Source: a virus (taxonomy: Duplodnaviria > Heunggongvirae > Uroviricota > Caudoviricetes). Taken from it: 5,669 bases of DNA. This document shows, piece by piece, positions 5,137 to 5,669 of the stretch (position 1 is its first letter; every line of letters starts with the position of its first letter). A program made the position numbers and the translations under genes. The notes below the pieces were generated by a model. It was not told where the DNA came from, made no database searches, and saw only the letters and a list, made by a program, of their open reading frames with translations. The stretch lies in IMG/VR virus record IMGVR_UViG_2778261151_000002, positions 1-5,669 of that record. One strand, 5' to 3'.

Positions 5137-5573
5137 GCCGCCCTGTCTCCCCATCGCGCTTTCCACTCCAGAGCCAGTCGCGCTTCGTCTGACCACTTAA
5201 CGCCACGCTCTGTACCGAATGCCTGTATAAGCTCTAATAGCTCCGCAAATTCGCTTACACGCATCCTGCTGGTTGACTGGCCTATTACCACAAAGCCATT
5301 CCCGGCAAGGTTAGGAACAACGTCCTGCTGCTTTAATGCTGCGGTAAACACACACTTCCAGCTTTCTGCATCCAGCCAGCGACCATGCCATTCAACCTGA
5401 CGAGAGACGTCACCAAGGCAAGCCCAAAGCTTTCGATTCTGGTCTAAGCTGCGGTTGCGTTCCTGAATGGTTACTACGATTGGTTTGGTTGGGTCTGGAA
5501 GAATTTGCTGTACTGCGTGAATAGCGTTTTGCTGATGTGCTGGAGATCGAATTTCAAAGGTTAGTTTTTTCAT
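5133..5573 (-). CDS. ninB: Recombination protein NinB (Orf family, 146 aa)
   Basis: [76 protein letters not shown]...[16 protein letters not shown] is essentially lambda NinB as I recall it. True start at ATG 5573 with SD GGGAGAGGGAAG upstream; the ORF-track start at 5591 is an upstream TTG. Confidence 0.95.
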   Translation of the reverse strand: MKKLTFEIRSPAHQQNAIHAVQQILPDPTKPIVVTIQERNRSLDQNRKLWACLGDVSRQVEWHGRWLDAESWKCVFTAALKQQDVVPNLAGNGFVVIGQSTSRMRVSEFAELLELIQAFGTERGVKWSDEARLALEWKARWGDRAA

Positions 5574-5669
5574 GACTTCCCTCTCCCCCAAAGTAAGCGG
5601 CTCGCCAGAACCGTATTGATATTTACTGAGAAGTCAGATCAACTTTCCAGGGCAACAGATCGCGTACCC

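Larger units (their letters stand above)
1..5669 (-). mobile_element. Segment of a lambdoid prophage/phage genome (nin region, Q, late promoter, tRNAs, lysis cassette); lambda-like and phage-21-like mosaic
   Basis: Gene order ninB-ninE-...-rusA-ninH-Q-pR'-tRNA-S-R on one strand; Q and pR' resemble lambda, holin/endolysin resemble phage 21. No integrase or att site in window, so the element boundaries are not visible. Confidence 0.9.

Noticed and set aside
5137-5196. Upstream GTG-initiated extension of ninE to 78 aa
   Set aside because: Would overlap the ninB 3' end in another frame; the ATGA-coupled ATG at 5136 gives the expected ~58-aa protein.
5002-5400. Plus-strand ORFs of 132 and 61 aa
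   Set aside because: Antisense to ninE/ninB.
5574-5669. Partial minus-strand ORF upstream of ninB (ren- or P-like position)
   Set aside because: Only ~10-15 codons visible in any frame before a stop; cannot assign frame or identity.
1-5669. CRISPR arrays, rRNA, IS elements or att sites
   Set aside because: No direct-repeat/spacer periodicity, no transposase or integrase ORFs, and no terminal inverted repeats seen.

Overview
This 5.7 kb window is an internal piece of a lambdoid prophage that is a mosaic of lambda-like and phage-21-like modules, with essentially all phage genes on the minus strand. Reading the minus strand from high to low coordinates: an uncallable partial ORF at the edge, ninB (5573..5133), ninE-like (5136..4960), then a plus-strand, oppositely oriented toxin-antitoxin-like pair (RelE/ParE Gp49/HigB-like toxin plus HTH-XRE antitoxin, 4291..4918), an intrinsic terminator, a Roi-like ORF6N-domain gene (3969..3265), a second intrinsic terminator, and a translationally coupled run of Rha-like small protein, ORF6N+KilA-C antirepressor, RusA, NinH and lambda-type Q (3190..1005). 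Downstream lie the lambda-type late promoter pR' with its qut region, two tRNA genes, a phage-21-type pinholin S (511..296) and a SAR endolysin R (296..1, truncated by the window edge). I saw no rRNA, CRISPR array, integrase or transposase. The most unusual content is the accessory cargo in the nin region: the antisense toxin-antitoxin pair, the terminator-insulated Roi-like gene, and a split Rha/Ant module wired into the Q operon. From sequence alone I cannot tell whether any of these is a new defence or anti-defence system. All protein family assignments are from recall of family sequences and motifs, not from a database search.
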